A stretch of 64,000 nt of DNA from the human T2T-CHM13v2.0 reference genome, Homo sapiens. Numbering within the stretch: position 1 is the first letter of the stretch; each line of letters starts with the position of its first letter. The translations under genes and the position numbers were made by a program. This document shows, piece by piece, positions 1-19,603 of the stretch. The stretch lies in NCBI RefSeq assembly GCF_009914755.1, contig NC_060934.1; one strand, given 5' to 3'. The notes under the pieces are model-generated. The model did not search any database, was not told the DNA's origin, and saw nothing but the letters and a program-made list of their open reading frames with translations.

Positions 1-481
1 TAAAACAAATTTATCTTAAATTGCCTAGGTGAATTGTAATCTAGTTTCCCTTTAAGGATCAATTTTAAACCACAACATAGGAAAGAGTTCTAATAGTTTT
101 GAAATGTAAATTTCTAAAATGTAAGTTCCCTGCAGGAACCATCCTATATTTACACAGCCTGTCCATTCCTCCCCCACCCTCCACCAACATCTAGTAAAGT
201 GTCTTACATGGCACTTAAATACTTGGCTTGACTGAAAAAACATTTTTCTACTCATTGTACCTTATGATGTCAGAAGCCATTTGACTGGAAACAATAATAT
301 TAATTTGGCTGCAAACATGTATGAACAAGATAATACATATTTCACTGAACCTAAATAACTTTTATGTTTTTAATATATGAGGGAGAACTAAATAAAGCCT
401 CCTGCTTCCTTTGACCAAGACATTTTGTCCTTGTTCAATTTAATATTCTATGGTTTTCCAATTGTAACTTGAACCATTTCA

Positions 482-589
<108 letters not shown>

Positions 590-665
590 CTAGGTGTACA
601 AAATAGAAATATAGTATTTTCATATCCAGTTCCACCAAAGGGGGAAAAAAAGGATCAGTTATTCA

Positions 666-863
<198 letters not shown>

Positions 864-1480
864 TTAATGCAGCACAAATGTTTAGTAGTTGTATATCACA
901 GCTAAAATGCCCCTTTCATCCAAAAGGAAACATAAATTGCTGTTATGTAATATAAAGAATACAGACATTATAGATCTGGGAATAGATAAAACCTGCAAGA
1001 GATATTTGAGACAGTAAGAAGAGAACAAAGAGACTGAAAGAGAGGGACCCCCAGAGAGATAACATTCTAAAAAGGAAGTAACAACAGGTAAAGAGAATGT
1101 GGAAACCGTTCCGCTGAATAAAGAGTCAAGAAAAGAGGAGGAGAGAGTAATATCAATTCATGATACGAATCCTAGCATGGGTGTTTTAAATATATGCACA
1201 TACATTTACATGTATTATACTTTCTTAATCAGGTCCTTGTTCTCATCCTTGTTTTAAAATGCTAAAAGCAGAAACACACGATTTGAAGACGAATTCTTAC
1301 AGACCATTTCAGACAAATTCCTAATGGTTGAATAATTATTCAATTTCGGAGTCAATACATTAGAAAAAAAGCATTACAGGTCAGAAATACTTAGGGAAAC
1401 TAAGGTCTGCTATGAAAAGGAAAACAGATTGACAGTCTCTGTTGTCTGAAAGGCTATATACTCAGATCCCATTATAATCA

Positions 1481-1735
<255 letters not shown>

Positions 1736-2110
1736 TTAAAAACACTTTATCAATGTTTACATAAATCCAAGTCCTGTAATATAAATAATACATCCTATAT
1801 TTAACAAAAATATGTTCTCTTCCATATAACTTTTACTTCATTCTTTTATAATGCGTGCTATAATTTTAAAACAGCAAAAAAAAAAAACTACATAGAATCA
1901 GTGTGTCATCTTTATAGTGAGACTTCAACAAAGGGAAAAGTAATAGTTTTATTTCAAAATGATAGGACCTGAATCCTCGGAGTCATTTAAATTTGTAATG
2001 TCTCTGATTTAAGTATTGTTTGTATTTTCCCTCACTTTCGCTTTATAATGAAGCTGGTGTCTTGGGCCTCACAAAGGGAAAGGCCCAATGAGCCCAGACC
2101 AAGCCTACTA

Positions 2111-2398
<288 letters not shown>

Positions 2399-2401
2399 TT
2401 A

Positions 2402-2683
2402 CAGTAATCCCCCTCTATCTATGGTTTCAGTTACCCGTGGTGAGCCATGGTCTGAAAATATTAACTGGAAAATTCTTGGAATAAACAATTCATAAGCTTT
2501 CAATTTTGTAGTCCTGCCCAGAATAAGAATCATCCTTTCATCCCGAGTAGCCACACTGTATACACTACCCGCCCATTACTATATGGGAAAAAATATAGCG
2601 TAGAGAGGATTTGGTACTATCTGCGGTTTCAAGCATCCACTGGGGGTCTTGGAATGTATCCTTGCAAATAAGGGGGATGACTG
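2402..2683. mobile_element. Non-autonomous TcMar-Tigger DNA transposon (MER2/MER8-like)
   Basis: Terminal inverted repeats CAGTAATCCCCCT / AGGGGGATGACTG flanked by TA; internal sequence resembles Tigger-derived MERs. Confidence 0.75.
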
Positions 2684-2730
2684 TACTGATTTTATATCCA
2701 AATTAACTGCAGGCAAGGTGGGATTCTCAC

Positions 2731-2795
2731 CTCATCAGATTGTTGTATTCTTTTATTCTTCGACTAATTAGATCCCTGTTAGTGACTCCAGTGTC
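2731..2795 (-). CDS. ARHGAP21: ARHGAP21 coding exon 15 (helix following the PH domain, part of the ARF-binding region)
   Basis: 65 nt; tag|GACACT...ATGAG|gtgag; DTGVTNRDLISRRIKEYNNLM. Confidence 0.94.
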
Positions 2796-3599
2796 CTACA
2801 GAATAAAGTAAAATTAGAAAATCAATTCTAAACATAAATAAGTGATCCTTACTTTTTTGAGGCTTTCTATTGTACTGCTTTGCTTATTTAACACAAACAC
2901 TACTATCATCTGTTCTCAGTGGAGCTGTTTCAAAGCTTCTATTCAACATCACTGTGTGAAAGATTTTCCAAGTGCCTCCCAACATTGCCAAAGGGTTTTG
3001 CTTCTTTTCTGTATCCATGCGATACCTAGGATAGTACCAGCAAGTAACACGTGTTCAATACTTATTGAATTGATCCGTCCATTTAAAATAAATGACTAGG
3101 AAGCAGCCAGTGTTTTCTCTAATACCAGAAAGAATGATCAGCATTTAAGAAATATACGTGTAAGTGATTTTTCTTCAAAAAGAAAAACAAATAATATAGG
3201 TGGATAAAAGATGAAAACAGACTGCCAGAATTTGTTAGTGACTGACTAATTTTTAAGGATAGTGAAACCAAGGATCAACTAGTATCACAAGCGGCAGTTA
3301 CATTATCAGAAGATAAGAGAAAAGCTCAAAATTTGCATGATTTTTTTTTAACCTCTGTGAGTTACCTTGTATGAAATGCTATATGGTAAACCCAGAGTTG
3401 ACCATAAAGTGATCCTTTTTTTCCTATTCATTCCAATTATACATTGATATTGACTGGGGTTCTCAATTTTTTTTAACTTGCCTCATTTTGATGATAGTGA
3501 ATGATGATACAGTTTACAAAGAATACAGTCTTTAAATACGGGAGTAAGTTATCTTGAATTTAAATAGACTCTTCCAACTTATCAGCTGAGAGATCATAT

Positions 3600-3845
3600 G
3601 ATTAAGATCTAGAATAAGACTGCCTGGATTTAAATCCTACCCCTGATGCTTAAGTCACTGTGTGACCTTAGGGAAATTATTTAGCCTCTCTTTGCCACTG
3701 TTTCCTTATTTTTAGAATGGTGGTGATGATAATAGGACACATTCATATGGTTGCTGAGATTAATGCATGTAGTATGTTTAAAATAGTATCTGCCATATGG
3801 TATGTGCTCAGTGAATTATTGTTTTCTCATCTATAAAACTGGGGA
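3600..3845 (+). mobile_element. MIR SINE (degraded)
   Basis: Core 'ctgtgtgaccttagggaaattatttagcctctctttgccactgtttccttattttt'. Confidence 0.65.
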
Positions 3846-4637
3846 AAATACTTGTGTACCTGTGTCTTAAGATTAGATGGTGATGCTAATAGCTCACATT
3901 AAGTAAATGTTTATTACTTGGCAGGCATTCTTCACATGCATTATCTCATTCAATCCTCCAAACAGCCACTATGTGTCACAGAACAAGTCATCTGAAGGAG
4001 TTTTAACAATGACAGTCTACTGCCTGAGAGAATGCCTGACACATAGTAGGTGCCTGTTACACAGAACTCCTCTGAACTATTACTTAAAGCTGAAATCCAC
4101 ATCTAAGTTCTTATTCTCCCTGTTTATTTTGCAAAAATTCAGGTCTGATGCCCTCTGTATAGCGGGTAGTTGTACAACATAGGTTGCACTGATAAAGATC
4201 TGGTGTTATTTTTAACCACAAACAAGGCAGAGTGTAAACTACCAAAGGAAAAAAAGCACACTTTTCCTATGGTGTAACGTTTTAATACTTTGAATTGGAT
4301 ATAATGGAAATGACTAAATTAGAACATAATTTGCATAAGTTTACATTTAATGTAGGCATTCCTGAGTATTAAAAGAGAACTTCGTGCCCCTTTTTTGGTT
4401 ATAATAAATAGGCATGAAAAGTGAGAACACAGTGAAGAAAAAACTGTGTTAATGATAAGAAAATACTTGAGCAACTGCTACTTCATCATTGCTAGATTTG
4501 CTTGATAAAGTTTATAGTTATACATACTTTAAAAACTATCTTTACTATTGAAATTCCTACTGTGAAAATACCTTGATGATCATAAGCTGTAAATTCTCAA
4601 ATCCCTAAACACTGTTCTGCATGAAAAAGAAATGCTG

Positions 4638-4987
<350 letters not shown>

Positions 4988-5408
4988 CTATTGTGTGACA
5001 GTAGGCTATTCCATATTCTTGACTGTATAGTTCTCTTAACAAAAATCATCAGTATCACTCTGCATTTATATAGTTATTTATACTGGTAAGTATTTTTACT
5101 GTAACTTAAGCCCTACAACAATCCTGTCTTTGAAAGATGGAAATGGATCTGGAATAACTTGGTCACAAACAACCAGGACTAGGAATGTAGTTCATTGCTT
5201 CTGAGAAGGTATACAGCATATATAAATAACCTATTTTTCTAGTTCACTGATGGTGATTTTCCAATGTGTGAAAATAATATAAAACAGGTATGTTTGAGTT
5301 TTCCTTTTCATCAACTGTTTTACATGAAAATAGCACATTATAATTTTTTTATAAAAATGATATATCATATTCCTTAGATCTTTGTAAGAAAGTGTTGTGA
5401 AAGGGTCA

Positions 5409-5723
<315 letters not shown>

Positions 5724-6725
5724 CTAGAAAACATGCGACAGTTCTTTAATAGTCAATATTTGGCGAAATCTTTGTGACAGGATAAGCACATTAAGCAACA
5801 CCCTTCCTCTGCATTTACATATAACTAGTGTAGCAGGTGGCAGATTTAGCTCACTACATTATTTGTGAGGAGAGGAAGGATAAAAATTGTGGAGCATAAA
5901 CTGAGTTAGGCAGTGTATTCATATCAAAGTCAAGGACTGTGAAATCCCAACTTTAGTTGGGAAGGCAATATGAACAAAGCTAATCAAATAAAATAAATGT
6001 AGCAAAACATATCAAAAACAGTAACGGAATAGAAAATTTAAAAATCGGTCCAAAAAACCTGTTGAGTGAAAGACTTACGTCTTAGAGCACACAAATGACA
6101 GATACTGCAGGAGTTCTCCAACAATTGTATACATAACTAATTAACAGAGTTCATCAACTTTATATGGCTAAGCAACTCTATCCACATCCAAAGTGAGCTT
6201 TCTTAAAATTTTTAAACTCTTCTGACAGCATTAAAATGTTCTTATATATAAGCTGTCCAAATATTATAGAAAATTTTTATGGCAAAGTCTTTTTCTGTTG
6301 AAATCTACTGGATGCATATATTGATATTTTTATATTTGTTTAACTTAATATTTTTAAAATAAAATGAAACAAAGTTATAAAGGTAATTTAAAATAAACTA
6401 AGAAAAGAGACATAAAAATTTAAAACTGAATTGCCACTTCCTAAAGGACAACGGAATAACCCATTGCTAATAAACTAATAAGAAAAGCAGAGTTCCTTTT
6501 TAAATACTTAGATTTCCTTTTTACATTGCCAAAACGTAAGACAATATATTCTACATGTAGCTGATACACAGGACAAAAAGTACCAAATTAATGCAATAAT
6601 TAGAATTTTTTTAAGGAATACTTTTTTTAATGTAGAAAAATCTATTTATAAATGGTTTTTTTTTTCACTCTTTAATCTGGATATCATGCCACTTTATGTA
6701 TACAGGCTTTATGGTTTATTTGTCA

Positions 6726-6896
<171 letters not shown>

Positions 6897-7329
6897 CTAT
6901 AGAAAAGACCAAGAAAACAGTAAAATGTCAGCATTTTCCTTTATAAATATTTGCACATGGAAACTGCTTTGTGGAAAACTTTATTTAATGTTTCAAGTGA
7001 AGGGCTATTTTTGAAAAATCCTAACTTTATCTTTTTAAAAATTTCTAGTCTCATTTAAAAAATGTGAATTATCATTTTTTAACCATTAAAAATAACAAAT
7101 GACGTAATTTTCCTGTTCTTATTAGTTCACATTTTAGTGAAAAATGAGAAAATGATCCGTTTGTGATTTATGTTATTTGAAGAATGAAAACGGCAAGATG
7201 CAATAACGAATGGCTGAGAAGCAGCTAGAACCTGGTGATGAGGTGGCAGGGCTACTCTGAAGAAATAATATTTTGTTGAAATTTGGAGGAAAAATAAGGA
7301 GCCAGCCATAAAAGGTCAGAGGGAAGAGA

Positions 7330-8250
7330 GTTTGATGAGAATGTACAGCTACTGACTGTATATCATCATTATCACTTTAAATGTTCGCTGATTAATGTGA
7401 TCAATAAACAGCTAATTCTAGGTCATTAAGGGTCTTCTAGGCCATGGTAGGAAGTGTGAAAGAAGCATTAAGTGATGAATCGGGGGAGTAACTGATCACC
7501 CAGTTCAAAGCTCACTCTGAGTACTCTGTCAAGAGTGGATTCTAAAGGGACACGCGTGAAAAGAGCTGTGACTATAGGAATCCAGGTGAAAGATGACGGC
7601 AGCTTGGATTTAAGTAGTATAGGTGAAGACGGGAAGATTCAGGGTAGTCTGGAATTGATATGGGGGAAAGTGAAAAAGAAGAAACAAGGCTAGTTCTGAA
7701 ATACTTGGCTTCATCAAGAAGGTGAATGGAAGTGAACTTAATGAGATGGGGAAAACTAAGGGATAAGGAAGTCTGGGGGTAACTGCGGTCTAATCATCAC
7801 GTAAACCTTGAGTTGCTGATTAAACATCCAAGTGACGGCAGCTGACACCAGCTGCAGTTCAGGAAGGAGGTCAAGGATAGCCATGTAAACTTTGGGAGAC
7901 CTCTGCATAAGATCACTGAGGAAATCGGGGTAGATAAAGAAGGGTCAGAACAACTCTAGGCATTCCAACATTTAAATATCAGGTGGAGCAAAAGAGCCTG
8001 CAGAGGGGATGGAGAAGTAGTCTTTCAGTTAGAAGGAAGAGCAAGAAAGTGTGGCAAGATGGAAGCCAGCAGAAGAAAGTGTTTCAGGAAGGGAGCCAGA
8101 AATTGTGTTGAATACCAGCGAGGGCTCTAGGAAGTTAAAAACCAAGGTTAACCATTAGTTTTGGAACCTGAATGTCAGTGTTGTTCTGATGTGTGTGGGC
8201 TGAGAAGAAGTAGAAACTATAGTTTTTTCAAGGGGTTCTGCTGTGAAAAG
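7330..8250 (+). mobile_element. Degraded L2-like LINE fragments
   Basis: Purine-rich sequence with L2-type phrases (ttggcttcatcaagaaggtgaatgg, gaagaaagtgtttcaggaagg); boundaries and element orientation uncertain. Confidence 0.45.
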
Positions 8251-8508
8251 GAGTAGTGAATAAAGCAGGATGTGGATTCCAGGAAGGTTTCTATTTTAAT
8301 GTAGGAAATAGAACATGGGTGCAGACAACAGTGAGTGAATGAGTCACTGGAAAAATGGTGACTGTGCAGAAGGGCACCGAGGAAGTGAGAGGCAAGAGAA
8401 TCCGAAGAAGTGTGGGGGTTGGTTTTTAATAGGATAATGGTACAAGCACAGCAATATTTATGGTAAGAATAAGGAAGGCAGCAAGTGTGGGTATAAAGGC
8501 AGGGGACT

Positions 8509-8728
8509 GGCTGGGGATGGTGGCTCACACCTGTAATCCCAGCACTTTGGGAGGCCAAGGCGGGCAGATCACCTGAGGTCAGGAGTTCGAGACCAGCCTG
8601 GCCAACATGGCAAAACCCCATCTCTACTAAAAATACAAAAATTAGCCAGGCATGGCAGGCGCCTGTAATCTCAAGCTACTTGGGAGGCTGAGGCAGGAGA
8701 ATCGCTTGAACCCGGGAGGTGGAGGTTG
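8509..8728 (+). mobile_element. AluS, 3'-truncated
   Basis: Alu sequence stops at GGAGGTTG; flanking direct repeats AAAGGCAGG(GG/AA)ACT. Confidence 0.88.
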
Positions 8729-9104
8729 AAAAAGGCAGGAAACTGATATTTTTGGGGATGATAAATAAGGAAATTCCTGTCTAATAGTTTCTATGTTTTC
8801 AGGGAAGTATGAGGGGAGGGAGAAGAAAGAGAACAGGGGTGGGGTGGGGGGTGTTGGGGGGAAGCCACAAAATAATTTCCAGGATAGAAAAGCATACAAC
8901 AAAATACAAAAAGGGCTGCTGGGCAGTTAGGACTGCTGGGCCTTGAACTGATAAAGTCAGAAAAATCAGCACAATGTGTATCAAGTATTACATACTTACA
9001 GAATAAAAGATTATAATATTTAAATATTAAATGTCTACTGGGTAAAAGAAGTACTTCTCTATGAAGAGATAAACTAAGGTAAGTAGAAACACTCTAATAC
9101 CAAC

Positions 9105-9141
9105 CTTGATTCCCTTCAGACTAGATACGTGCTTAAAGGAC
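9105..9141 (-). CDS. ARHGAP21: ARHGAP21 coding exon 12 (37 nt, SFKHVSSLKGIK)
   Basis: cag|GTCC...ATCAAG|gttgg; its phase (2 to 0) is required to join exons 11 and 13. Confidence 0.9.
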
Positions 9142-10449
9142 CTGTTGGGGAAAAAATATATAAATATTTTCAATTAGTGCAAAAAAAATCTTAAAGATGT
9201 AAGAATAATTTGAATATTACAATTACTCTTTCAATAATAATCTGACATTTCATCATTATCATGTTAAATGTCCACTATTCAATGGAAGAGAAAAAAAGCT
9301 AATTTTATAAAAAATGTTCCACCTAATAATTAAAACTTTCTTAATTGATCTGGTAAATTAAAATTGTTTCTGCTTGAAGTGTGGGATTTTCTTTTTTTTA
9401 TCAAAGAAAAAGCTACTCAGGCTGAACACTGGGTTTTATGTTATTAGTTAACTGTAGCTGCAATGCTATATTAAGGATTTCCATGATGTTAATTATGATC
9501 AGTAAGCAGTTGCCATTAGCAGCCAGCTTCAGGGAGATGCTCCCTGTCATCTCCACTCATCCTGCTGGTGGATACCCTGAACTGGAAATGTGGCAGGGAG
9601 GGCACAGTTACAGACAGTCCTGGCCCTTCACTCTTCTACTCTAACCACATTATGACTGCTTTCAAAAAGAAGGACAACTGTTGCCACTGAACAGGCTTAG
9701 AGCTTCAGGAGACAGGTTCATGTTAAAGTAATCGAAAATAATTTAACTTTTATTAAGGGACAATAAACTTTTTTTAAACTCAAAATTCATTTAAGAAACT
9801 TAGAGTTTTAAGATGTTACTAAAGGTGTCACTGTTTTCTCCTCTCAGAAACCTCCCCCTCAAACAACAATGTAATCAGAAAGATATGCAAACTCAATCTT
9901 CAACCATATCAGAAGACACTGTAACTCTGAACTATACCATACAAAGAAGGGTGGCTAACTGCAGTGAAGTAAACAATGGATACGGGAAGAAAGAACAGGG
10001 CACCGATCACTTGCAGATCTCAAAACTGCACTACATTGATTTCTGAGAGATTGAAACCAACCCATCCCTTGTTTGGAACAATGGAAAATAGTGTGCTGAA
10101 GCTGGTGACAGGAGCCTCATTTGTTACCATGGAGTATCAGAGGAGAATGAGGAAACATACAGTCCTGCCATCTTTGCAGGAAACAGTGTGTAGTTGGTGT
10201 AGGGTGCAGTAGACTCTGAAATAACGGCAGTTTTTGATACCTTATAATGAGGAAGAAATAAAGGCTAAAATAGCTCACAAATCCAACCCTGTATCTTTAG
10301 GAAAATTCCTGCTACCCTGGAAGCAAGCCCTGCTAGCCTCACACAAACCTCCCTCAAGTAGCTGCTCCAGAAAGAACTACTTTTATTGGAATATAAAGAA
10401 TAACCAAATGGAACCCTCAGAGGACTGTATGCAAAGATAACAAAAAAGA

Positions 10450-12130
<1,681 letters not shown>

Positions 12131-12290
12131 AAAATTCAATTTAATGTTACCATTAACAACTTTATTTATTTGCATTTCTAATGTCAAAGTTAGAAAACAT
12201 AAGACATCATTAAATTCTGAACTTATGTGTCAAGGTCATGCTGAACACCCACCCACATACAAATATTTAAAATAATACACCCGAGACTTA

Positions 12291-12404
<114 letters not shown>

Positions 12405-12475
12405 TTAAAATCCAATATTTAGACATTCACAAGTGGTTCCCAGATTCTTTTAACGGTGGAAACATCAGTTTATCA

Positions 12476-12715
<240 letters not shown>

Positions 12716-14887
12716 TCAGAATGTTCAATGACCTAATTGTTATTAATAATAAAACTCAGTCAATAATCATTATTAAGGGGGTCAGATAAGGATTTTAACA
12801 CTTCACCACCAAAGCACATCACTAAATGACCTATTCAGTCTGCTAAAAATTGATTTACAGTTATTACTCTAGTAATTCTAAATAATTCTGAGAATATGGT
12901 ATAAGAAATTAAATGAGCTGCTCTACCAACCAATTAATGCCTTCACTAACTGATTGTCAAGGTACTAAAGTTTATAGGTACCTCGAACCTAAACCCATCA
13001 AACCAGAGCAATAATCATGTAACACCCTGAAAGAATTACTTTTCAAATTTTAAATGTACCACAGATTATCACTTCAGGAAATTAAGGTGATTGGCTGAGG
13101 CTCAGTTTTCAAAGCATTAATTCCTAAAACCGTATCCCCGCCTCATCCCTACACAAGTGTATCTCAATTTTTGAAAAGACAAAGTCCAGTCTCTAGCTTC
13201 CAAAATAAGTTTCCAGGGCCATTTGCACAAAATTCTTACTCTTATAAAAACATCAGTGATTTAAATTCTAATACTTGAGGCCAAGAAATGTAATTCAATA
13301 GGATGCTGGAACGATAATCCTTAAAATTAAATGCCCCAGAATAAAACCTGTTAAAGAATATACTACAATGATAAACCAGGATTTTGATGCCTGGATTTAA
13401 AAGGTCCAGCTATTTTAATTTTGATTAAATTCTAAGGATGCTGTACCATATTATCAGGATTTTAATCAAGAGGACTGATAATGTTACAAAAATATAACAT
13501 TTCCATTTTATGGCCAAAATCAGTAAATTCTAACTGTGTTTAGCTTATTTTCTGTTTTTACAACTTTCTTTAAAGCAGCTCTTTACATTTTAGGAAGAGA
13601 AGACATTTTGAAAATTTCTCTATGCACCACTTTTTACTAAGTATACGACAGTTTACTATTATGTCAGTAAGAATGCAGTAATTCTTTTTCCAAAAGCAAG
13701 AAGATAACTGAAGTTTTAAAAATTCAATGAGGATAACAATTTAATTTCACTAAAACTTGTAGTATTTAAAACTGATTTTGATATTTAAATTGCACATGTT
13801 TAACAAAGTTTCTTCAAATGATACATCATATAAAGCAGCCTGGTTTTATAGAGTCTGCTGATCCATAATTCTGTTACAGATTAATGAATACTGATGTGAA
13901 GAGGAATACACTGTATTCTTCAAAAAGTATCTGACTCATGCAGTATGAATACATCTTTAATTATACTGGGATAAATCTTTGAGGAGAATGATTTTATGCC
14001 TTGCAAAACTAAAGAGAGTGAAATTCAAATTGTGCATGGATTAAGCATTATTGCAAAGCATTAAATACAATTTTCAAATTTTGTGTCCCTGGATTTCCTG
14101 ATGGTATTCATTCAATCTCTTCCAACTTACTATATTTTGGAGAACATTTCTGAAACACACTGGATTAAAATAATCAGTTTTAGATATGTCTGCAAAAACA
14201 GGTGGGAGGATAGATACTCACCTGTTCTAAAGGAGGACTGAATGGAGAAGGCGTGGGAGAAGAGACTAACATTGGGCTTACTCATTTCAGTATTGTTGCA
14301 TTCTTTATAATAAATTCCTTTTACTGGTATGTTAAAAGGAGAAAAGGAAAAGCTAAACATACTTTTAAAGTAAACACAATTACATTACCTCACATTTACA
14401 GACTATACTAATCCAATTCTTGATTCCCTTTGAAAATATAAAGACTTTTCTACCGGTTTAAAAATACTGTGTTCGTTAGGAATAATCCAAATTCAAAAAC
14501 TCTACTTTTCACATACACTTTAATTATTACCAATGTGCATATTATGTAAAAACAAGAATAATTCCAATTTATCTTATTTTCCAATGTAGAAAAATACATA
14601 TTATTTAGTTGACCAAACGGAAAACAAAAATTTTTCATCTCATATACAAATATATTCAAAAGCATCATGCTGTCACACTTTCAAATGACTTCTAAATTTT
14701 TAAATAAAATATTCTGTTAGATGAAAATCAATCATCTTTATCCTAGGCATATCACATACTACATTAAGACATTAAATAATGCATTCAAAACATACTTATG
14801 AACTACTGGGGTTACAGATTTATTAAGTGGCATAAACATTCGTGTTAAACTACGTAATCAAAGAACTGACTTAAGAAACGAGGTCTT

Positions 14888-15180
14888 GGACAGGCGTGGT
14901 GCCCACGCCTGTGATCTCAGCACTTTGGGAGGCCAAGACGGGTGGATCACCTGAGGTCAGGAGTTCGAGACCAGCCTGGCCAACATGGCAAAACCCTGTC
15001 TCTACCAAAAATACAAAAATTAGCTGGGCATGGTGGTGCGCGCCTGTAGTCCCAGCTACTCGGGAAGCTGAGGCAGGAGAATCGCTTGAACCCGGGAGGC
15101 GGAGCTGCAGTAAGCTGAGATCATGCCACTGCACTCCAGCCTGGACAACAGAGGACTCTGTCACAAAAAAAAAAAAAAAA
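14888..15180 (+). mobile_element. AluS
   Basis: Full dimer with A tail. Confidence 0.92.
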
Positions 15181-16130
15181 GTCTTCATTTACTTTCTTCA
15201 CTAAAAGACCCAGAGCTCTTTATAATAAAAAGAACGGTGAAGGACACCTAAGTTGCTACACATCAAAATTCAATGTGGCTACTGTTCCTTAACATGTAAA
15301 AAAAAATACAGGCCTATATATCCAAAAATTTTGCTTTGGAAAACAATGTTTTCCAAAAGTAAATAATCCTCACAGATAAAATCTACTCCATTATTCAATT
15401 TGGATTTTTTCCAAATGGAGAGTATTTCAAATTATGTTTCTATTTATTATTCGTATCTGAATAGGAAACTTTCACTGTTTATTGCTTATCAATTAATATT
15501 TTAGAAAAACATCTTAAAGATTTCATATTGTGAAAATTCATACATGTTACATAATAATTTCTCAGATATCAAAGCATGAAAGAAGGGAAGCCCTCCTATA
15601 TGAAGAGTTCTTATAAGTAAGGACCACTAAAATCACAGTGGAAAGAGCGAAACACATGAAAAGACAACTCATGGAAGAAATACAAAAGCCAAATAAAAAT
15701 GTAAAAAATACTGGTAAAAACCTATTACTGAAATGATCAAATAAAAGCAAGATGAAACAGTGATTTATAACTGTTTTTTCATCTCATAAACTGACAAGTA
15801 TTTTCACTTTAAGATGTTCTCATCCTATTTGTTCCTCTTCGTGTTCCGCAAGATAACTACAGAGAGTGTCTATGCTTGTCTATCCCAGAGGTTCAGTGGG
15901 ATTCACAGGAGCGGCTGGCCCTCCTGTGGGCGGGCATGATCTAGGCCTGACCAACCATAGGGCCTATCCCTCTCAATCCACAGAGACTGGCCAAGGGGCG
16001 AGAACCACGCAGTCAGGGCCCCTTATATTAATAGTATCTCTAGGATTCAATACATGGACAGTGAGAAAACTATGGACTTTCTCTTCTTATCCTTGGAGAA
16101 CAAAAACTGTAGAAATCAGTAAACTGTTGA

Positions 16131-16538
<408 letters not shown>

Positions 16539-17363
16539 CTCACTCTTGATGTCATTACTTGGGTATCTGGATCCAGGCATGCATGGAACCAGGTCTACCA
16601 CAGAAGTTCTTCCCTGTGAGCTAACATTACTTCTTGGCAGGAGCTAATTTGAAATAATTGCCCTGTCCCTGTAACCAAGAGAATTATGATGAACATAAAT
16701 GTGGAGGGCAATGCATTTCTAGCACCCTGACAAATGTGCATGTCTTCTCATAACACCCAATGTCCACTGTTACAGGTTAGGGCACAGAGCAAAAAAAAGT
16801 CCCTTCTAAGGTGAGCTGAGTTATGAGGCACGTTTCTCACAGCTGACCATAATTACAAAGAAGCATATAATTAATGTACTTTATATTTTATGATTATAGT
16901 TGACAATAATTTTATGTAACTCAGTGAAATTATCAGAATTTTCAGCATAGACCATGGCAGAATAATCAGTTCCCTGACATAATTCTGCTTTTTATTTCAC
17001 CTCTGCTACGAAGTAGTATTCCTAACCCCTCCCCAAATTACAGCATAATAATTGAAGGAATATTAACACTATTACTTATTTCAATGACAGAGTAAACTAT
17101 ATATTGCAAAAAGAGGGGTAAATTTGTATAAGTTGAAAGAAATGGCAACTAACCTAAAATTATATATGTGGTTCCAAAACAGCAACAGCATGTATATATC
17201 TTTTTACCAAAATATGGAAATTGAATAAGCTGTTTCTGTTCCAACTCCTACCAGAAGGGACATACCTCAAGCAAAATACGCTTAAAATCTTGATTTTTCC
17301 TCATCCTTAGGGAAAAGGAGAGGAAATATTGCTAATGGATTCTGTGTCTTAAAAATAAATTCA

Positions 17364-17701
<338 letters not shown>

Positions 17702-19279
17702 TTATTTGCCTTCTGAGATATACACTCAATTTAAATCAAAGGAGGTGAACGGCTAAAGTTAAATGATCTTATTAATAGTCAAGCATAAGCTCCTTCTTTC
17801 AAGTAATAATGTATTAATCTTTGGCAATGCCACTTTTTTTTTTAATCAGAGTTAAGCCCAATGAAATAAAGACATCCTAAAAAATTGAACTCCCTAGGCA
17901 AATTTAAATGAGCCCCATTAATACCAATTACTGAACATCAGGTACAAGAGCTGATAAAAATGGCATGCTGGAGCAACTCCATTTACATTATATTTAAAAG
18001 GCCTGGAGAAAGAATGTTTAAAAATGATGCTAATATATTCACATGGCCTTCTCATCTTTGACCCAGCAACAGACCTTGAGTAGGCTCACTAAACATTTTT
18101 CACTAATTATAAATAAAAATTTTGAAGCAATAAGTCCTGTTTTATATGAACTGGTGATGGGTGCCCATCACCTAGTTCAAATATTCCCAATTTTTACAAT
18201 AATTAAGCTAATTATCGTAACTGGAATTCAATTTTCTAATTAAGACCAAGTTTCTTTAATGGTCAGTTCTGTGAACATGGATTTAAATTAACATTCAGCT
18301 TCTTCAAAGTCATCTGGAGATTTGGTTATCTTAATAACCAAAAGGTCAATGCTGTATCTCCCTATTAGATAGAAATGGTTTTACAGTGGTTAGGAAGGGG
18401 AGAGTATTTTGAATAAATTCCCTATTCACGTTTGCCATGGCAAGATGGCAGTCAGTGCTGACGATGAGGGAGTGGAGTTGTAAATCCAAGAGGAACTACT
18501 GTGAAGTAGGTATTTGAAAGGGAGGTGACAAAATCAGAGCAAAAGCAGGGATGTGCACAATATCATGGTCAGCTCATCTACAAGAAAGCATGCACCAGGT
18601 CAGCACAGCAAGGGCTCTAATTTTACAAAGGGCAAGTGGAAGGATCACTTCTAGATTTGCCACGGTTAACAGGTTACAATTACTTGGCTGAATCTTTGCA
18701 GTCCCATAGATCAAACAAGTTAACTGAACTCTTAAGATCTGGGGGTGAGGGTGTGTGTCCATGGGCCAGTGTACAAGCGTGTGTGTATGAAAAATGATCC
18801 AGCTTGCCAGCTGACATGCTGTAACAATTTCAACAAATTCAACATTTACTTAGAAATTTAATAAATATCAGCTCACCAATTTCACTAATCTATCTTGAAA
18901 ATTATTAATTCTCAATTCTAGTACACAGAAAAGCAGCAAGGGAGTAGAAATGTGGATGACTGAGTAGGGAGGTCAAGAGACCTGGTGTGTTCGATTTTGC
19001 AAAAGCCACTTAACTTTTCTGGATATTACATTCACTACCTATAAAATAAAGAAGTTGGACTTGGGTAGTGAGAAGGGCCAATTCTAGTTCAAAAGGCCTA
19101 CAATTACGAATCCACTAAAGGGGTGGAATTATCTATTTAATTTATGTAAACATATAAAACATTTTTAGGTTTTTATAAACCAGGCATTTGTTAGGGGGCT
19201 TTTGAGATTTGGGTCTATTTTCAACATTAAAGGAACTAGGTGAAAAGGCTCCAAAGTCTACTTTAGTGAAACAATTTCA

Positions 19280-19603
<324 letters not shown>

